Assembly (NCBI GenBank): GCA_000434395.1
Contig: FR878755.1
Coordinates: 1-36,679 of the forward strand
Direction of reading: 5' to 3'
DNA from: Clostridium sp. CAG:568
Lineage (GTDB): Bacteria > Bacillota_I > Bacilli_A > RFN20 > CAG-288
DNA length: 36,679 nt
Made by a program: the position numbers and the translations under genes. Each line of letters starts with the position of its first letter. Positions within the stretch are counted from its first letter, which is position 1. This document shows positions 1-10,291 of the stretch, piece after piece. Under the pieces are notes generated by a model. The model saw only the letters and a program-made list of their open reading frames with translations. It was not told the origin of the DNA and ran no database searches.

Positions 1-124
1 GACAAAGGTTATCTAATTTTATTTCTAGAATTTACTTTTATTTTTTCTTTTTTAGTTCACATATAGAGCGAAGGAGGTTTTGATGAAATAAAAAAGCTAG
101 CCATAGGCTAGCATAGTTAGCAAA

Positions 125-209
125 TGGTGCCTTCGGCGAGAGTCGAACTCGCACGGGTCTCCCCACAAGATTCTAAGTCTTGCGTGTATACCAGCTTCAC
201 CACGAAGGC
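125..209 (-). tRNA. tRNA-Leu (anticodon UAG)
   Basis: Reverse complement folds as a cloverleaf. Acceptor GCCTTCG/CGAAGGC, discriminator A, encoded CCA. Anticodon arm CAAGA-CTTAGAA-TCTTG. Long variable arm GGGGAGACCCGTGCG. T-arm GCGAG-TTCGACT-CTCGC. Confidence 0.85.
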
Positions 210-215
210 ACGCCC

Positions 216-290
216 TGGGGTCCCTGAAGGGAGTCGAACCCTTAACTTGGGGTTCGGAACCCCACACTATATCCGTTTAGCTACAGGGAC
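216..290 (-). tRNA. tRNA-Arg (anticodon CCG)
   Basis: Reverse complement GTCCCTG...CAGGGAC-C-CCA. Anticodon arm TGGGG-TTCCGAA-CCCCA. T-arm AAGGG-TTCGACT-CCCTT. Confidence 0.8.
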
Positions 291-292
291 AT

Positions 293-370
293 TGGCGCTC
301 CCGGTGAGATTCGAACTTACGGCCTGCCGCTTAGGAGGCGGCCGCTCTAATCCAACTGAGCTACGGGAGC
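293..370 (-). tRNA. tRNA-Arg (anticodon CCU)
   Basis: Reverse complement GCTCCCG TA GCTC-AGTTGGATTA-GAGC, anticodon arm GCCGC-CTCCTAA-GCGGC, T-loop TTCGAAT with one A·C mismatch in the T-stem, acceptor CGGGAGC-G-CCA. Confidence 0.75.
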
Positions 371-471
371 AACAATTATTATTTTAACAAAAATCTATCG
401 ATTGTTAACTATAAATAATTCAGTTTTATATTTCATCTCCTATACCTCATAAAAGAAAGGAGAAATAACAG

Positions 472-2376
472 ATGTTTAAAGTTATAAACAAGTTAATTTT
501 AAGTATAGTATCCATAGGATTGTCTTTTAGTTTCTTTAATAAAGATCCTTATTTTAGATTCGGAAAAAATATAGATAATAAAAAAGAATCTTTTCATAAT
601 AGATTTAAGCAGGACACAGGAGGAAGGTTATCTTATTCTGATTTTATATCAGATAAAGGCTCTGTTTATTTTAGCTTTTATGATGTTTCATTTGATAATT
701 TCTATTATGATGAATATTTGAATCTAAATTTCCAAGGACTTGATTTTAAAGATAATAATAGCTACGTCAGGTTAAGAACAAGATTTAAAGTTGACAAAAA
801 TGAAATATATTGCAGTGACTATACATATAAAGAAAATAGAACTAGTAATTCTTCACCATACATAAATTATATAGTCGATAGAAAAGATAATTTTCTATAC
901 ATAAAATTTGTATTACAAGAAGTAAAAGACTTTTATAAGAAGAACAAATCATCGATTCCATCGACAGGAAAGAAGGAAGTTAGAGTTGATATTAATTTTC
1001 CAAAGACATGTCATATTGCTAATGCTGCGTATTGTGATTCAAAAGAATTTAGAATTAAAGCCGGAGCAAAGACGATTAATTATCATGATGTTTTTGCATA
1101 TTGGAAAAATTATGAGAGATTTGTAGTTGAAGTTGACAAGATTCACGATACATGGTGGGATTATATGTATCCTTTATATTTGTTGAGAGCAATTACTACA
1201 AGTAGATATGGAAGAAAAATAGGACCGATAGGAATTGAAAAATATACAGAACATATTATCACAGGGATTGATGAGAATTTTGGAGATTATTATTACAAAC
1301 ATGAATTAGCTCAAAATGGTAGATTTGTAGATTATCAATTATCTATTAGATTTTTTGATGAAAGGACAAATCTATATGAAGCTGAAAAAGATATAACTGT
1401 TAGGTTGATGAGTAAAGATGATATAAGTCCTAGAATAATAATAGATGGAATATCAGCCGATAGTTATACAAAGCCGATACAAGTAAGTTATGATAAAGCA
1501 AGAGATTTAAAGATGTTGAAAGATTCCCTATTAGAAAGAATAGAAATATCTGATAATAGTATGGAAGTATTAACTCCTAATATAGAAATAGAAGGCTATA
1601 AACCTATGTCTATTGAAGATTATGTCTTAACTATTTCTAGTAAAGATGCTTCAGAGAATTCGACTTTAGTTAAAAAGGTTCTTCAAATCATCGATGATAT
1701 TCCTCCTGTTATAACATCAAAAGTTGAAAAAATTGAGACGACTATAAATGATAGATTATCAGAGGAATTTATATTATCTAAATTTAGATCAGTAGATGAA
1801 ATAGATGAGGAATTGAATGTCTATTTAGGAAGAGATGAATATCATGAAAATATGAATTATATGAAAGCTGGAAGATACAATGTCGAAATAAAAGCCAAAG
1901 ATAAAAGTGAAAATGAAACAGCAATTATTTTTCCTATCACTGTATTTGGATCTGGAAATGAGAATTATATTTTATCCGAAGGAGCTTTAATAGTTTCTAC
2001 AGATACTATATTAGAACCTGATGAAATTGTAGATAAGCTTATAGAAGCAGGACAAATAGATAAAGTCGAATATAAAGAAGCAAAAATAATTGATGGAAAT
2101 CCAATCGAAGGGAACAATCAAGTCGGAGAATATACTTTGAAAATAGAAATAGTAATAGATGATAATGAATCTAGATATGTTTATTTAAAAATTAAAGTTG
2201 TAGAAGGAAAACTAAATGATATAGACAATAGTACAGATATAGATAACAAAGGCGATAGTAGTGGAAAAGATATAAAATCAGATGAAGAGTCTACTCCCAA
2301 ATCATTTTGGCAGCATATAGTCGATTTCTTTAAAGCTATAGGGGATTTCTTCAAAAATCTATTTGGAATTAAATAA
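472..2376 (+). CDS. large secreted/surface hypothetical protein (634 aa)
   Basis: Good RBS (AAAGGAG) 8 nt upstream of the ATG. Hydrophobic N-terminal signal/anchor (LILSIVSIGLSF). Repeated ~60-aa modules with a D-x-I-(P/S)-P-x-I pattern (possible Ig-like repeats). Amphipathic C-terminus. No enzymatic motifs recognised. Confidence 0.55.
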   Translation: MFKVINKLILSIVSIGLSFSFFNKDPYFRFGKNIDNKKESFHNRFKQDTGGRLSYSDFISDKGSVYFSFYDVSFDNFYYDEYLNLNFQGLDFKDNNSYVRLRTRFKVDKNEIYCSDYTYKENRTSNSSPYINYIVDRKDNFLYIKFVLQEVKDFYKKNKSSIPSTGKKEVRVDINFPKTCHIANAAYCDSKEFRIKAGAKTINYHDVFAYWKNYERFVVEVDKIHDTWWDYMYPLYLLRAITTSRYGRKIGPIGIEKYTEHIITGIDENFGDYYYKHELAQNGRFVDYQLSIRFFDERTNLYEAEKDITVRLMSKDDISPRIIIDGISADSYTKPIQVSYDKARDLKMLKDSLLERIEISDNSMEVLTPNIEIEGYKPMSIEDYVLTISSKDASENSTLVKKVLQIIDDIPPVITSKVEKIETTINDRLSEEFILSKFRSVDEIDEELNVYLGRDEYHENMNYMKAGRYNVEIKAKDKSENETAIIFPITVFGSGNENYILSEGALIVSTDTILEPDEIVDKLIEAGQIDKVEYKEAKIIDGNPIEGNNQVGEYTLKIEIVIDDNESRYVYLKIKVVEGKLNDIDNSTDIDNKGDSSGKDIKSDEESTPKSFWQHIVDFFKAIGDFFKNLFGIK

Positions 2377-2427
2377 GCTTATACAAATTGAAAAGTGCTA
2401 TGGATTGTTGTATTTTATCTAAGCACT

Positions 2428-2514
2428 GGGCTCATGGCGGAATTGGTATACGCGTTAGATTCAGGGTCTAATAGGATTCGTCCTGTGAGAGTTCAAGTCT
2501 CTCTGAGCCCACCA
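2428..2514 (+). tRNA. tRNA-Leu (anticodon CAG)
   Basis: Acceptor GGGCTCA/TGAGCCC-A-CCA. Anticodon arm TTAGA-TTCAGGG-TCTAA. Long variable arm. T-loop TTCAAGT. Confidence 0.85.
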
Positions 2515-2527
2515 TTATTGAAATAAC

Positions 2528-2557
2528 AGCTTTGATTTAAACGTCAAAGCTTTTTAT
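2528..2557 (+). terminator. rho-independent terminator after tRNA-Leu(CAG)
   Basis: Hairpin AGCTTTGA-tttaaacg-TCAAAGCT followed by TTTTT. Confidence 0.7.
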
Positions 2558-3017
2558 ATTTGTGAATAGTTGATATAAAACATACTATTCAATTTTGAAT
2601 AACAAGCAATAATAATTATTTTAATTTCAAAAAAACATTCTTTGTTCTGTGTCGACTTGATATTTATCTTATTCTTTTATGGATTAAAGAAAACGGAGCA
2701 AAGGCAACTTTAGTGTTTGGCTCTAAGATTTAAAGACTTTAATAGGCATTTACATTGGATAATTATGAAATAATAGAAATAGCCTCTAGTGATATTATTT
2801 ACTTGATTTTTCTTTCATATTTAATTGCTCACGAGCCTGTATTTAGAATTTTCTTAAGATTTTATTATCAATGTGTTATGGATTTAAATGCTTTGCCGAG
2901 GGCAAATAGCAAAAGAAATTACAATATCAAGTTTTATTCATATTATGAAATAAACCGATTCAGTGCATTGGTTTTGAACAATTAGTAGTATTTTGTATTC
3001 TTATAATAATCCATCGT

Positions 3018-4181
3018 ATGAAAAAGAGTACAAAGAAAATAATAAAGATAACTTCTATAACGTTAGCTGTAGTGATAGGATTGCCTGTTTTGGTAGTTGG
3101 TAGTTATGTTGCGTATGTCGTATGTTCTTATCATAGGATAGGAAATCAAGTGTTGGATGTTGATAGGAATTCTAATATCGAAAAAGTCGAAACGGATAAA
3201 GAATTGACTGTTTCTACATTTAATGTTGGTTTTGGTGCCTATTCACCTGACTATACATTCTTCATGGATGAAGGATATAACATGGATGGAACTAAGACTG
3301 TAGGAACCCATGGAAAAGGTGAATCAAAAGAGGATGTTCAGAAGAATACAGATGGTATTAAGTCTGTAATAATTGATTTAAATAGCGATTTTTATTGTAT
3401 GCAAGAAGTCGATGTGGATTCAGACAGATCCTACCATATAAATCAAGAGAGTGAATTTGAATCAGTTTTCCAATTTTATGATAAGACATTCGGAATCAAC
3501 TATGATTCAGCATATCTCTTCTATCCTTTAAATGATCCTATAGGTAAATCCAAATCTGGATTATCTACTATGTCTAAATATCAAATAAATTATAGTGAAA
3601 GAGTTGAATATACAGTCTCGACTGAATTCTCTAAATTCTTCGATTTGGATAGGTGCTTTGATGTTAATAGAATCAAGACTGATAATGGTAAAGAATTTGT
3701 TTTGATCAATTCTCATATGTCTGCTTATGATGAAGGTGGAAAGATTAGAAATACACAAGTTCAAGAACTCTATTCTTATATTAAAAATGAATATGATAAA
3801 GGCAATTATGTCATAGTGGGTGGTGATTTCAATCATGATCTATTGACAAACAATCCTATGTATCCTCAATATACAAGTGAAGACTTTGCATTTAAGAATC
3901 AAGTAAACCAACTAAAACCTGATTGGCTGAATCATATGTTTGATGAAGACAAAAAGTCTCCATTTGACGATGGATTTAAAATATATGCTGCCGATAATCT
4001 ACCCAGTTGTAGAGATGTCGATATAACATGGCAAGAAGGAACTACTTTTGTATCTACTGTCGATGGATTTATAGTCAGTGATAATATCGAAGTAGAAAAC
4101 ATAACAATAACTAAAACCGGAGACACAGGCTTTGCTTATAGCGATCATCAGCCTAGTACATTGACGTTTAAGTTAAAGTAA
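3018..4181 (+). CDS. membrane-anchored endonuclease/exonuclease/phosphatase (EEP) family hydrolase
   Basis: N-terminal TM helix. EEP signature blocks: FNVGFG, CMQEVD, INSHMSAYDEGG, VGGDFNH, SDHQP near the C-terminus. Confidence 0.75.
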   Translation: MKKSTKKIIKITSITLAVVIGLPVLVVGSYVAYVVCSYHRIGNQVLDVDRNSNIEKVETDKELTVSTFNVGFGAYSPDYTFFMDEGYNMDGTKTVGTHGKGESKEDVQKNTDGIKSVIIDLNSDFYCMQEVDVDSDRSYHINQESEFESVFQFYDKTFGINYDSAYLFYPLNDPIGKSKSGLSTMSKYQINYSERVEYTVSTEFSKFFDLDRCFDVNRIKTDNGKEFVLINSHMSAYDEGGKIRNTQVQELYSYIKNEYDKGNYVIVGGDFNHDLLTNNPMYPQYTSEDFAFKNQVNQLKPDWLNHMFDEDKKSPFDDGFKIYAADNLPSCRDVDITWQEGTTFVSTVDGFIVSDNIEVENITITKTGDTGFAYSDHQPSTLTFKLK

Positions 4182-4464
4182 ATAATCTTTAAAAAAATAT
4201 ATTTTTCAAAATTCTTTTAATTATTAGACAAAGTATTCGATTTCTTCTATGTAGTAAGAAGTTTAAAAAGCAAAAATAAAGAATAAAAGTTATGCGCTTT
4301 CAAATGATAACTCGGTATGATAAAGCCCATACATTTAATGCTGTAAAGATTGAAGGATAGACTTCGAGTGCAAAAAAGTAGTTAAAATTATGCATAAAAA
4401 TGGTAAATATATGAAAACCGAGCTTGATAATATAGTAAATGTGATATTTTTAATTCAAGTTATA

Positions 4465-4556
4465 AATTTTTGAAAGCACTTGCACCGCACTATAATTGTG
4501 TGAAGCTTTTTTGTGTAAATATCTCTTGACTTCTTAGCGCTTTCATACTATTATTT
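4465..4556 (+). promoter_or_regulatory. candidate sigma-A promoters and a cre-like site upstream of the ABC importer operon
   Basis: TTGAAA(4470)-n16-TATAAT(4491). TGAAAGCACTTGCA (4471-4484) resembles the CcpA cre consensus TGWAANCGNTNWCA. A second TTGACT(4527)-n17-TATTAT(4550) promoter lies downstream. Motif reading only. Confidence 0.35.
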
Positions 4557-4650
4557 CAGCGACATTCAAAGAATGGCAAGAAATCAACTGGTAGATTTCT
4601 AGTCATTTCTGCGTATGCTTCTTATTTTTTTGGAATTAAGGGGGAAACTT

Positions 4651-5868
4651 ATGAAAAAGAATTTAATTCCTTTCGTTCTGTCGACACTAGCTGCAGTAAC
4701 TGTACTTGCTTCTTGTAATGGTGGCAATGGTTCAGGTTTGAAGAAACTTTATGTTTCTACTTACAACAACGCTGATCCTAATATGTCTAACCTTTGGAAG
4801 CCTGGATATGATGCAAATGCTGAAAAATTCGGATTTGAATCACACTGGGATGACGCTGCAAACGATGATAACAAGGGTCTTCAAAACTTCAAGGCTGCTG
4901 TAACATCTAACTCTTATGATGCTTATGCTTTGAACCTAGTCTCTCAAACAAATGGTGCAAACTATTTGAATGAAATCAAGAAAGTCAATGTTCCTGTTGT
5001 CTTCTGGAATCGTGAGCTTGCAAAATCCAATGGAGACATCGATGTTGATTTGATGAAGTCTTATGCAAATGCTTATTATGTTGGAATTGAGTCTGCTGAA
5101 GGTGGACGTTATGAAGGTAGAGCTATTGCGGAGCATATTTTAAAGAATGGTGGAGTAACCAAATTTGATCGTAATAGCGATGGAAAAGTTGGTGTCTATG
5201 TTGTAAAGGGTGAAGATGGACATGCAGATGCTGAGGCTCGTTGTGTCTGGGCTCCTATTTACTTGGATGCATTTTTGGCTGGAATGACAACCGATGCTGA
5301 AATCATGGAAGCCTATAAACCTACTGGAAATCTCACTGGTGTAAATGTACCTGGTGTCACTTTCAAGAAGATTGAAATCATCGGATGCCAAACTGCAAAG
5401 AATACTGCAGGTGCAACTTGGGATCCTAATACGGCTGCTACTCAAGTCAACAACGTTTTGACTGGTGACAATGGAACTAAGGTTGATGTTGTTCTTTCCA
5501 ACAACGATGGTATGGCTGTTCAAATTGCTAAATCAAAGACATTCATCGATTCTAAAGCTTTGATTGCTGGTATCGATGCTTTGCCTGATGCTATTTCACA
5601 GCTCAAGACAAATGGTAGCCAATATGTTGCATCTATCAGAAATGATGGTAAGCTCCAATCCAAGGTTGTTCTCCAAGCTTTGAAGAATATGATCGATGGA
5701 AAAGACATCACTGCTGATATGGACAAGATTGATGAATTTGATAAGGTTGTTACTACAAAGGCTGAATGGTTGGCTGATGCCAATTCTCTCTGGTATGATT
5801 CAGAGCATAAGGCTTTCCGTGTACACCACGTTATCTTGACTCCTTCTAATGTCAACGAATTAGCCTAA
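4651..5868 (+). CDS. sugar ABC transporter substrate-binding lipoprotein
   Basis: Start taken at the ATG after RBS AAGGGGGAA. Lipoprotein signal with lipobox LAS-C. Periplasmic-binding-protein-like sequence. First gene of a CUT2-type ABC operon. Confidence 0.8.
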   Translation: MKKNLIPFVLSTLAAVTVLASCNGGNGSGLKKLYVSTYNNADPNMSNLWKPGYDANAEKFGFESHWDDAANDDNKGLQNFKAAVTSNSYDAYALNLVSQTNGANYLNEIKKVNVPVVFWNRELAKSNGDIDVDLMKSYANAYYVGIESAEGGRYEGRAIAEHILKNGGVTKFDRNSDGKVGVYVVKGEDGHADAEARCVWAPIYLDAFLAGMTTDAEIMEAYKPTGNLTGVNVPGVTFKKIEIIGCQTAKNTAGATWDPNTAATQVNNVLTGDNGTKVDVVLSNNDGMAVQIAKSKTFIDSKALIAGIDALPDAISQLKTNGSQYVASIRNDGKLQSKVVLQALKNMIDGKDITADMDKIDEFDKVVTTKAEWLADANSLWYDSEHKAFRVHHVILTPSNVNELA

Positions 5869-5896
5869 GCAAGATAATTTAGAAGATTTTTGTAAA

Positions 5897-5925
5897 GGGC
5901 AAGATAACTTGTATCTTGCCTTTTA
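5897..5925 (+). terminator. intra-operon hairpin/partial terminator after the SBP gene
   Basis: GGCAAGATA-acttg-TATCTTGCC followed by TTTT. Likely attenuates read-through into the ATPase and permease genes. Confidence 0.55.
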
Positions 5926-5959
5926 CACTTTATACATACACAAATAGGAGGGCAGACAA

Positions 5960-7465
5960 GTGGAAGAGAATAATAATGATTACATTCTTGAACTTCAAAA
6001 CCTCAGTAAATCTTTTGGCAAGAATCAAGTCTTAAAAGGTGTCAATTTAAAAGTGAGACGTGGTTCTGTAATGGGTTTAATGGGTGAGAATGGTGCAGGA
6101 AAATCCACGATGATGAAAGTTATCTTTGGAATTCATCAACGTGATGATGGTCGTATCATTTTCGACGGCAAACCTGTAGAGTTCCATAGTCCGAAAGAGG
6201 CTTTGGAAAATGGTATTGCTATGGTCCATCAGGAACTGAATCAATGTCTTGAAATGACAGTTCTTGAAAATATGTATTTAGGTCGTTATCAAACAATGGT
6301 TGGTTTGATAGACAATAGACATATGATGGCTGAGGCGACACAGTTCTTTAAAGATATAGGAATTCAGGTCGATCTAAAAGCCAAAATGAAGACTATGTCA
6401 GTTGCTCAAAGACAGATGGTTGAGATTGCTAAAGCTGTTTCTTACAATGCAAAAGTCATAGTTTTGGATGAACCTACATCTTCATTAACAGATAATGAGG
6501 TTGAAAAGCTGTTTTCAATCATGTCTGATTTGAAGAAAAAAGGAATATCATTCATTTATATTTCACACAAAATGGATGAGGTGTTCCAATGTTGTGATGA
6601 TGTTTCAGTCTTGCGTGATGGTCAAATGATTTTAACTAAGAAAACCACTGAAACTAATCTAGATGAATTGATTAAGGCAATGGTTGGACGTTCTTTGACT
6701 AATCGTTTCCCACCAGTCGACAATCAACCTGGTGAAGATGTTCTCGAAGTGAGAAATTTGAATACAAAATTTGAACCTTTCTTAAGAGATATATCTTTCA
6801 CTGTTAAAAAAGGTGAGATATTCGGAATCTATGGATTAGTCGGTGCGGGTAGAACTGAACTTCTTGAATCTATCTTTGGAATCAGAACAATTTCAGGTGG
6901 TCAAGTAATCTACAAAGGCAAAGTCTTGGATTTCCATTCTGCCAAAGATGCTATTGATGAGAAATTCGCTCTTGTTACAGAGGAAAGAAAGGCTAACGGA
7001 TTATTTTTGAAGGAAGATATTACTTATAATTCATGTATCAACTCTCTTGATAATTATTTGAAATTTGGCCTTGTTTCATCTAAACAAATGGGCATAGCCG
7101 CTAAAAAAGAGGTTATTATAATGCATACAAAATGTATGTCTACCAGTGATGGAATTACTTCTTTGTCTGGCGGTAACCAACAAAAGGTTATTATTGGAAG
7201 ATGGTTGGAATGTGACCCTGATGTGTTCTTACTAGATGAACCGACTCGTGGTATTGATGTCGGTGCGAAATACGAAATATATCAATTGATTATCAATATG
7301 GCAAAACGTGGGAAGACTGTTATCATGGTTTCTTCCGAAATGCCTGAGATTCTCGGTGTCACTAATCGTATAGCTGTCATGTCAAATCATAGACTTGCTG
7401 GTATTGTCAATACTAAAGAGACAAATCAGGAAGAGCTCTTAAGACTTTGTGCCAAATACATGTAA
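5960..7465 (+). CDS. sugar ABC transporter ATP-binding protein (duplicated ATPase, CUT2 family; MglA/RbsA-like)
   Basis: GTG start 8 nt after AGGAGG. Two ABC cassettes: Walker A GENGAGKST and GLVGAGRTE; signature LSGGNQQK; Walker B LLDEPT. Confidence 0.85.
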   Translation: MEENNNDYILELQNLSKSFGKNQVLKGVNLKVRRGSVMGLMGENGAGKSTMMKVIFGIHQRDDGRIIFDGKPVEFHSPKEALENGIAMVHQELNQCLEMTVLENMYLGRYQTMVGLIDNRHMMAEATQFFKDIGIQVDLKAKMKTMSVAQRQMVEIAKAVSYNAKVIVLDEPTSSLTDNEVEKLFSIMSDLKKKGISFIYISHKMDEVFQCCDDVSVLRDGQMILTKKTTETNLDELIKAMVGRSLTNRFPPVDNQPGEDVLEVRNLNTKFEPFLRDISFTVKKGEIFGIYGLVGAGRTELLESIFGIRTISGGQVIYKGKVLDFHSAKDAIDEKFALVTEERKANGLFLKEDITYNSCINSLDNYLKFGLVSSKQMGIAAKKEVIIMHTKCMSTSDGITSLSGGNQQKVIIGRWLECDPDVFLLDEPTRGIDVGAKYEIYQLIINMAKRGKTVIMVSSEMPEILGVTNRIAVMSNHRLAGIVNTKETNQEELLRLCAKYM

Positions 7466-7475
7466 AGGAGAAAAG

Positions 7476-9192
7476 TATGGAACTAGAGTTAATAGTTGGT
7501 GCCTCTACAGAAGAACAAAATCAATTTTGTAGAGACATGGCAACTCGTCAAGCTAAACTTGAAGAGCTTCGTTCTACCGGTGTTAATAAAATTGAATCTC
7601 TTAAGAACGAAAACTTCAAGGTTAGAAAGAATAAAGAGTTGTCTAAAGAAGAAAAAGATGGAATTATTGAAGCTAATAGGACTTTGATAGAAGAGGCAAG
7701 GCAAGATTCATTAAGTCACAAAGAAGAAATTTCTACTTTGGAAAAAGAATCTATTGCTATTACAAAAACATTCTATAAGAAAGTCTCTCCTGTTGCAAAA
7801 GCTGAATGGAAGAGCAAGAAAGACGATTTTAAGAAAAAGCATAAGGAAGCTGTTGAAAAGATTAACAGTGAGCATGAAGCTAGATTGAAAGAAATCGAGG
7901 CATCCAAGCCTACCGATAAAAATGATAAGGATGCAGAACTTGCTTATAACAATAAGATGAAGATTGAGACTTCAAACTATAAGCAGCTTGCATTCGAGGA
8001 AAAGACAGCTTATAAGAATGCAATTCAAAAGATCAAGAATGAATCACACACTCACTTCTTACAAGAGTATAACTTGTTGGGATCGTTGAGAAATGGTAAG
8101 CATTCAATTGAGGAAATCTTACAAGCCAAATTTGAAGACTATGTATATAGATTTGAATTGAAGGACTTCTTCATCAAGAATGGTCTTTATCTAACGTTGC
8201 TTCTCTTCATGATTGTTTGTGTATGTATTACTCCTTCAGTCTTGAGTATCAACTCAATAATGATGATCACCCAGAACTTCTCCTATAAGATTTTCTATGC
8301 ATTGGGTGTTGCAGGATTGATCTTGCTCGGTGGTACTGATTTGTCAGTTGGTCGTATGGTTACTTTAGGAACATTGATCACTTGTATGTCCCTAAACCCT
8401 GACACTACAGTTTCATTCTTCGGAATACGTCTAGCTGATATGTATTCTACTCTTGGTGTTGCGGGAACTGCTATTATTGCATTGATACTCTCAATCTTGA
8501 TGTGTACATTGTTCTCAGCAGTTGCTGGATTCTTCTCCGCAAAGTTCAAGATTCATCCGTTCATCTCTACACTTGCTACATCATTGACTATTTGGGGATT
8601 ATGTGCAGTCGGAACTAACACTATTAAGACTGGTGGTATTTCTACTGATGCTTCAAAGATTGGCGGATTCGTCGGATCTTCCGGAACTGGAACTAGCTAC
8701 TTCGTCGGATTCCCAATTACAATCATTTATGCAGTAGTCATCATTGCAATTGTATCCTTGATTTGGAACAAGACTAAGTTTGGTAAATATTTGTATGCTG
8801 TTGGTGGAAACCCTGAAGCTGCATCAGTCTCTGGTATTTCTGTATTCTGGGTAACAATGGGTGCCTTCATTATGGCTGGTGTTCTTTATGGTATGGGTGG
8901 ATTCGTCACTGGTTTGATTGGTGGTTCATCTGATTCAGCTTATGGACAAGGTTGGGAAATGGAAGCTATCGCTGCTTGTGTCGTCGGTGGTATTTCATTC
9001 CTCGGAGGTATTGGTAAAGTCTCCGGTGCTGTCATTGGATGTTTGATATTTGAAATGTTGAAGTTCTTCTTGAATCGTATCTTAACAACATATCAGGTTC
9101 CTAATGCTACTGATATTTCAAATATTTTCATCGGTATCATCATTCTCGTCGCAGTCGTCTTCGACTCATTGAAGTATTTGAAGAAGAAGTAA
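7476..9192 (+). CDS. ABC transporter permease with ~240-aa charged N-terminal extension
   Basis: ATG after AAAGGAG. The C-terminal ~330 aa has multiple TM helices typical of RbsC/MglC-type permeases. The N-terminal ~240 aa is K/E-rich, predicted helical/coiled-coil, with no TM. Confidence 0.75.
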
Positions 9193-9219
9193 TCTAATAA
9201 AATAGATTGCAAAGTAAAA

Positions 9220-9255
9220 GCCACATCGATTCAAACGGTGTGGCTTTTCTAATAC
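9220..9255. terminator. bidirectional terminator between convergent genes
   Basis: AAAGCCACA-tcgattcaaacgg-TGTGGCTTT hairpin with T/A tracts on both sides. Confidence 0.6.
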
Positions 9256-9284
9256 AATTTATTTTTTAAGAAGCAAATAGATTA

Positions 9285-10169
9285 TTATTGCTCGATAATC
9301 TTTTTACAGAAGTTGATACAAGCTGCTAAGCCATTAGGGGTTGTGTTTTTGTCCACGAGAACTAATGGCTTTTTATATCCTATTAGAGCTATTCCACCAG
9401 AGACAATTTTTCTATCGATTGAATAATTGAACGAATTAATTACTCCTCTAATCATTGCTCCGCCGATTCTATATCCAATATTGGAATCAATTCCTTTTTT
9501 GATGTAATTGTTATAGATAGTAATTCCTTGATTGATTCCAGAGATTGTGGCTTGAATTAAATCAGGTCTTCCTAATAAAATATCAGCATCAGCTTCAAGG
9601 AATTTGTCTGTTGTTAATTCGCCATCGTATGAGTCATCTTCTTTGAAAAAATTAATTATTTCTTCATCCTCTTTTTTGATACTTAATTTATCTGCGATTA
9701 AATATTTAAATGTAGGGTCTTCAACTCCAAATTTTGAAGTGACAATAGGTTTTAATTGACTTAAATATGATTTCCAATCATCCAAACTTGGATTTGGATT
9801 AAATCCTAAGTCAGCAATAAATGTTTTCTTACCGGAATATGCATTTGCATAATTGGCAGTAAAGAATCCATTTTTTATTTCATTAGAAGGAATGCTTTTT
9901 TTAACTTCCTCATAATTTCTAAAGGCGACAATTCCATCTATTTTTTTGCTTTCATCTTTTAAAAGCTCTAGTGTTATATCTAAGGATGTTGACTCGCTTT
10001 TAATTATTTCTATCTTTTTATAATTTGTTAAAGTGAGTAGATTTTTAGGCTCACCAAATGCGAATAAACTATCATCTTTATTCTTCGACAAAAATATTTT
10101 TGTACCTTGTGCTAAGTTATCTATTTCCTCTTTTGAAATGTTAGAAAAATCTATAAGAATATTTGCCAT
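9285..10169 (-). CDS. hypothetical protein (294 aa), possibly EDD-fold/DegV-like
   Basis: Long ORF with the usual codon bias. Gly-rich C-terminal motifs (IGGAMIRG, SGGIALIGY) faintly resemble EDD-fold proteins. No confident family assignment. Confidence 0.5.
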   Translation of the reverse strand: MANILIDFSNISKEEIDNLAQGTKIFLSKNKDDSLFAFGEPKNLLTLTNYKKIEIIKSESTSLDITLELLKDESKKIDGIVAFRNYEEVKKSIPSNEIKNGFFTANYANAYSGKKTFIADLGFNPNPSLDDWKSYLSQLKPIVTSKFGVEDPTFKYLIADKLSIKKEDEEIINFFKEDDSYDGELTTDKFLEADADILLGRPDLIQATISGINQGITIYNNYIKKGIDSNIGYRIGGAMIRGVINSFNYSIDRKIVSGGIALIGYKKPLVLVDKNTTPNGLAACINFCKKIIEQ

Positions 10170-10291
10170 AATTTCTCCATGTTTTTAATTGCTTTTTTGT
10201 ATTAAAAACTACTCTATTATTTTAAACTTTTAAGCATTATATATATATGGTTTTGATATATAATATTTATTGCAAAGAAGTGAATAATAAT

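Noticed and set aside
124-387. 87-aa plus-strand ORF
   Set aside because: It lies entirely over three well-formed minus-strand tRNA genes, its composition is GC-rich because of the tRNAs, and it has no RBS.
2755-2985. 76-aa ORF in the intergenic region after tRNA-Leu
   Set aside because: There is no RBS. The region is AT-rich and reads as promoter/leader sequence, with low-complexity codon usage.
3561-5855. Several 60-130-aa minus-strand ORFs nested antisense in the EEP and SBP genes (3561..3836, 3932..4126, 4936..5136, 5140..5523, 5520..5855)
   Set aside because: They are antisense to strongly supported genes and have no RBS. They are the usual stop-free antisense frames of AT-rich coding DNA. 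The same applies to the other short antisense ORFs in the track (e.g. 8295..8549, 12751..13056, 14103..14600, 19972..20241, 25616..25879).
9285-10169. Assignment of the 294-aa minus-strand protein as DegV/FakB or PlsX
   Set aside because: Only weak Gly-rich C-terminal resemblance. The diagnostic N-terminal motifs (DST for DegV, MGGD for PlsX) are absent. It is left as hypothetical.
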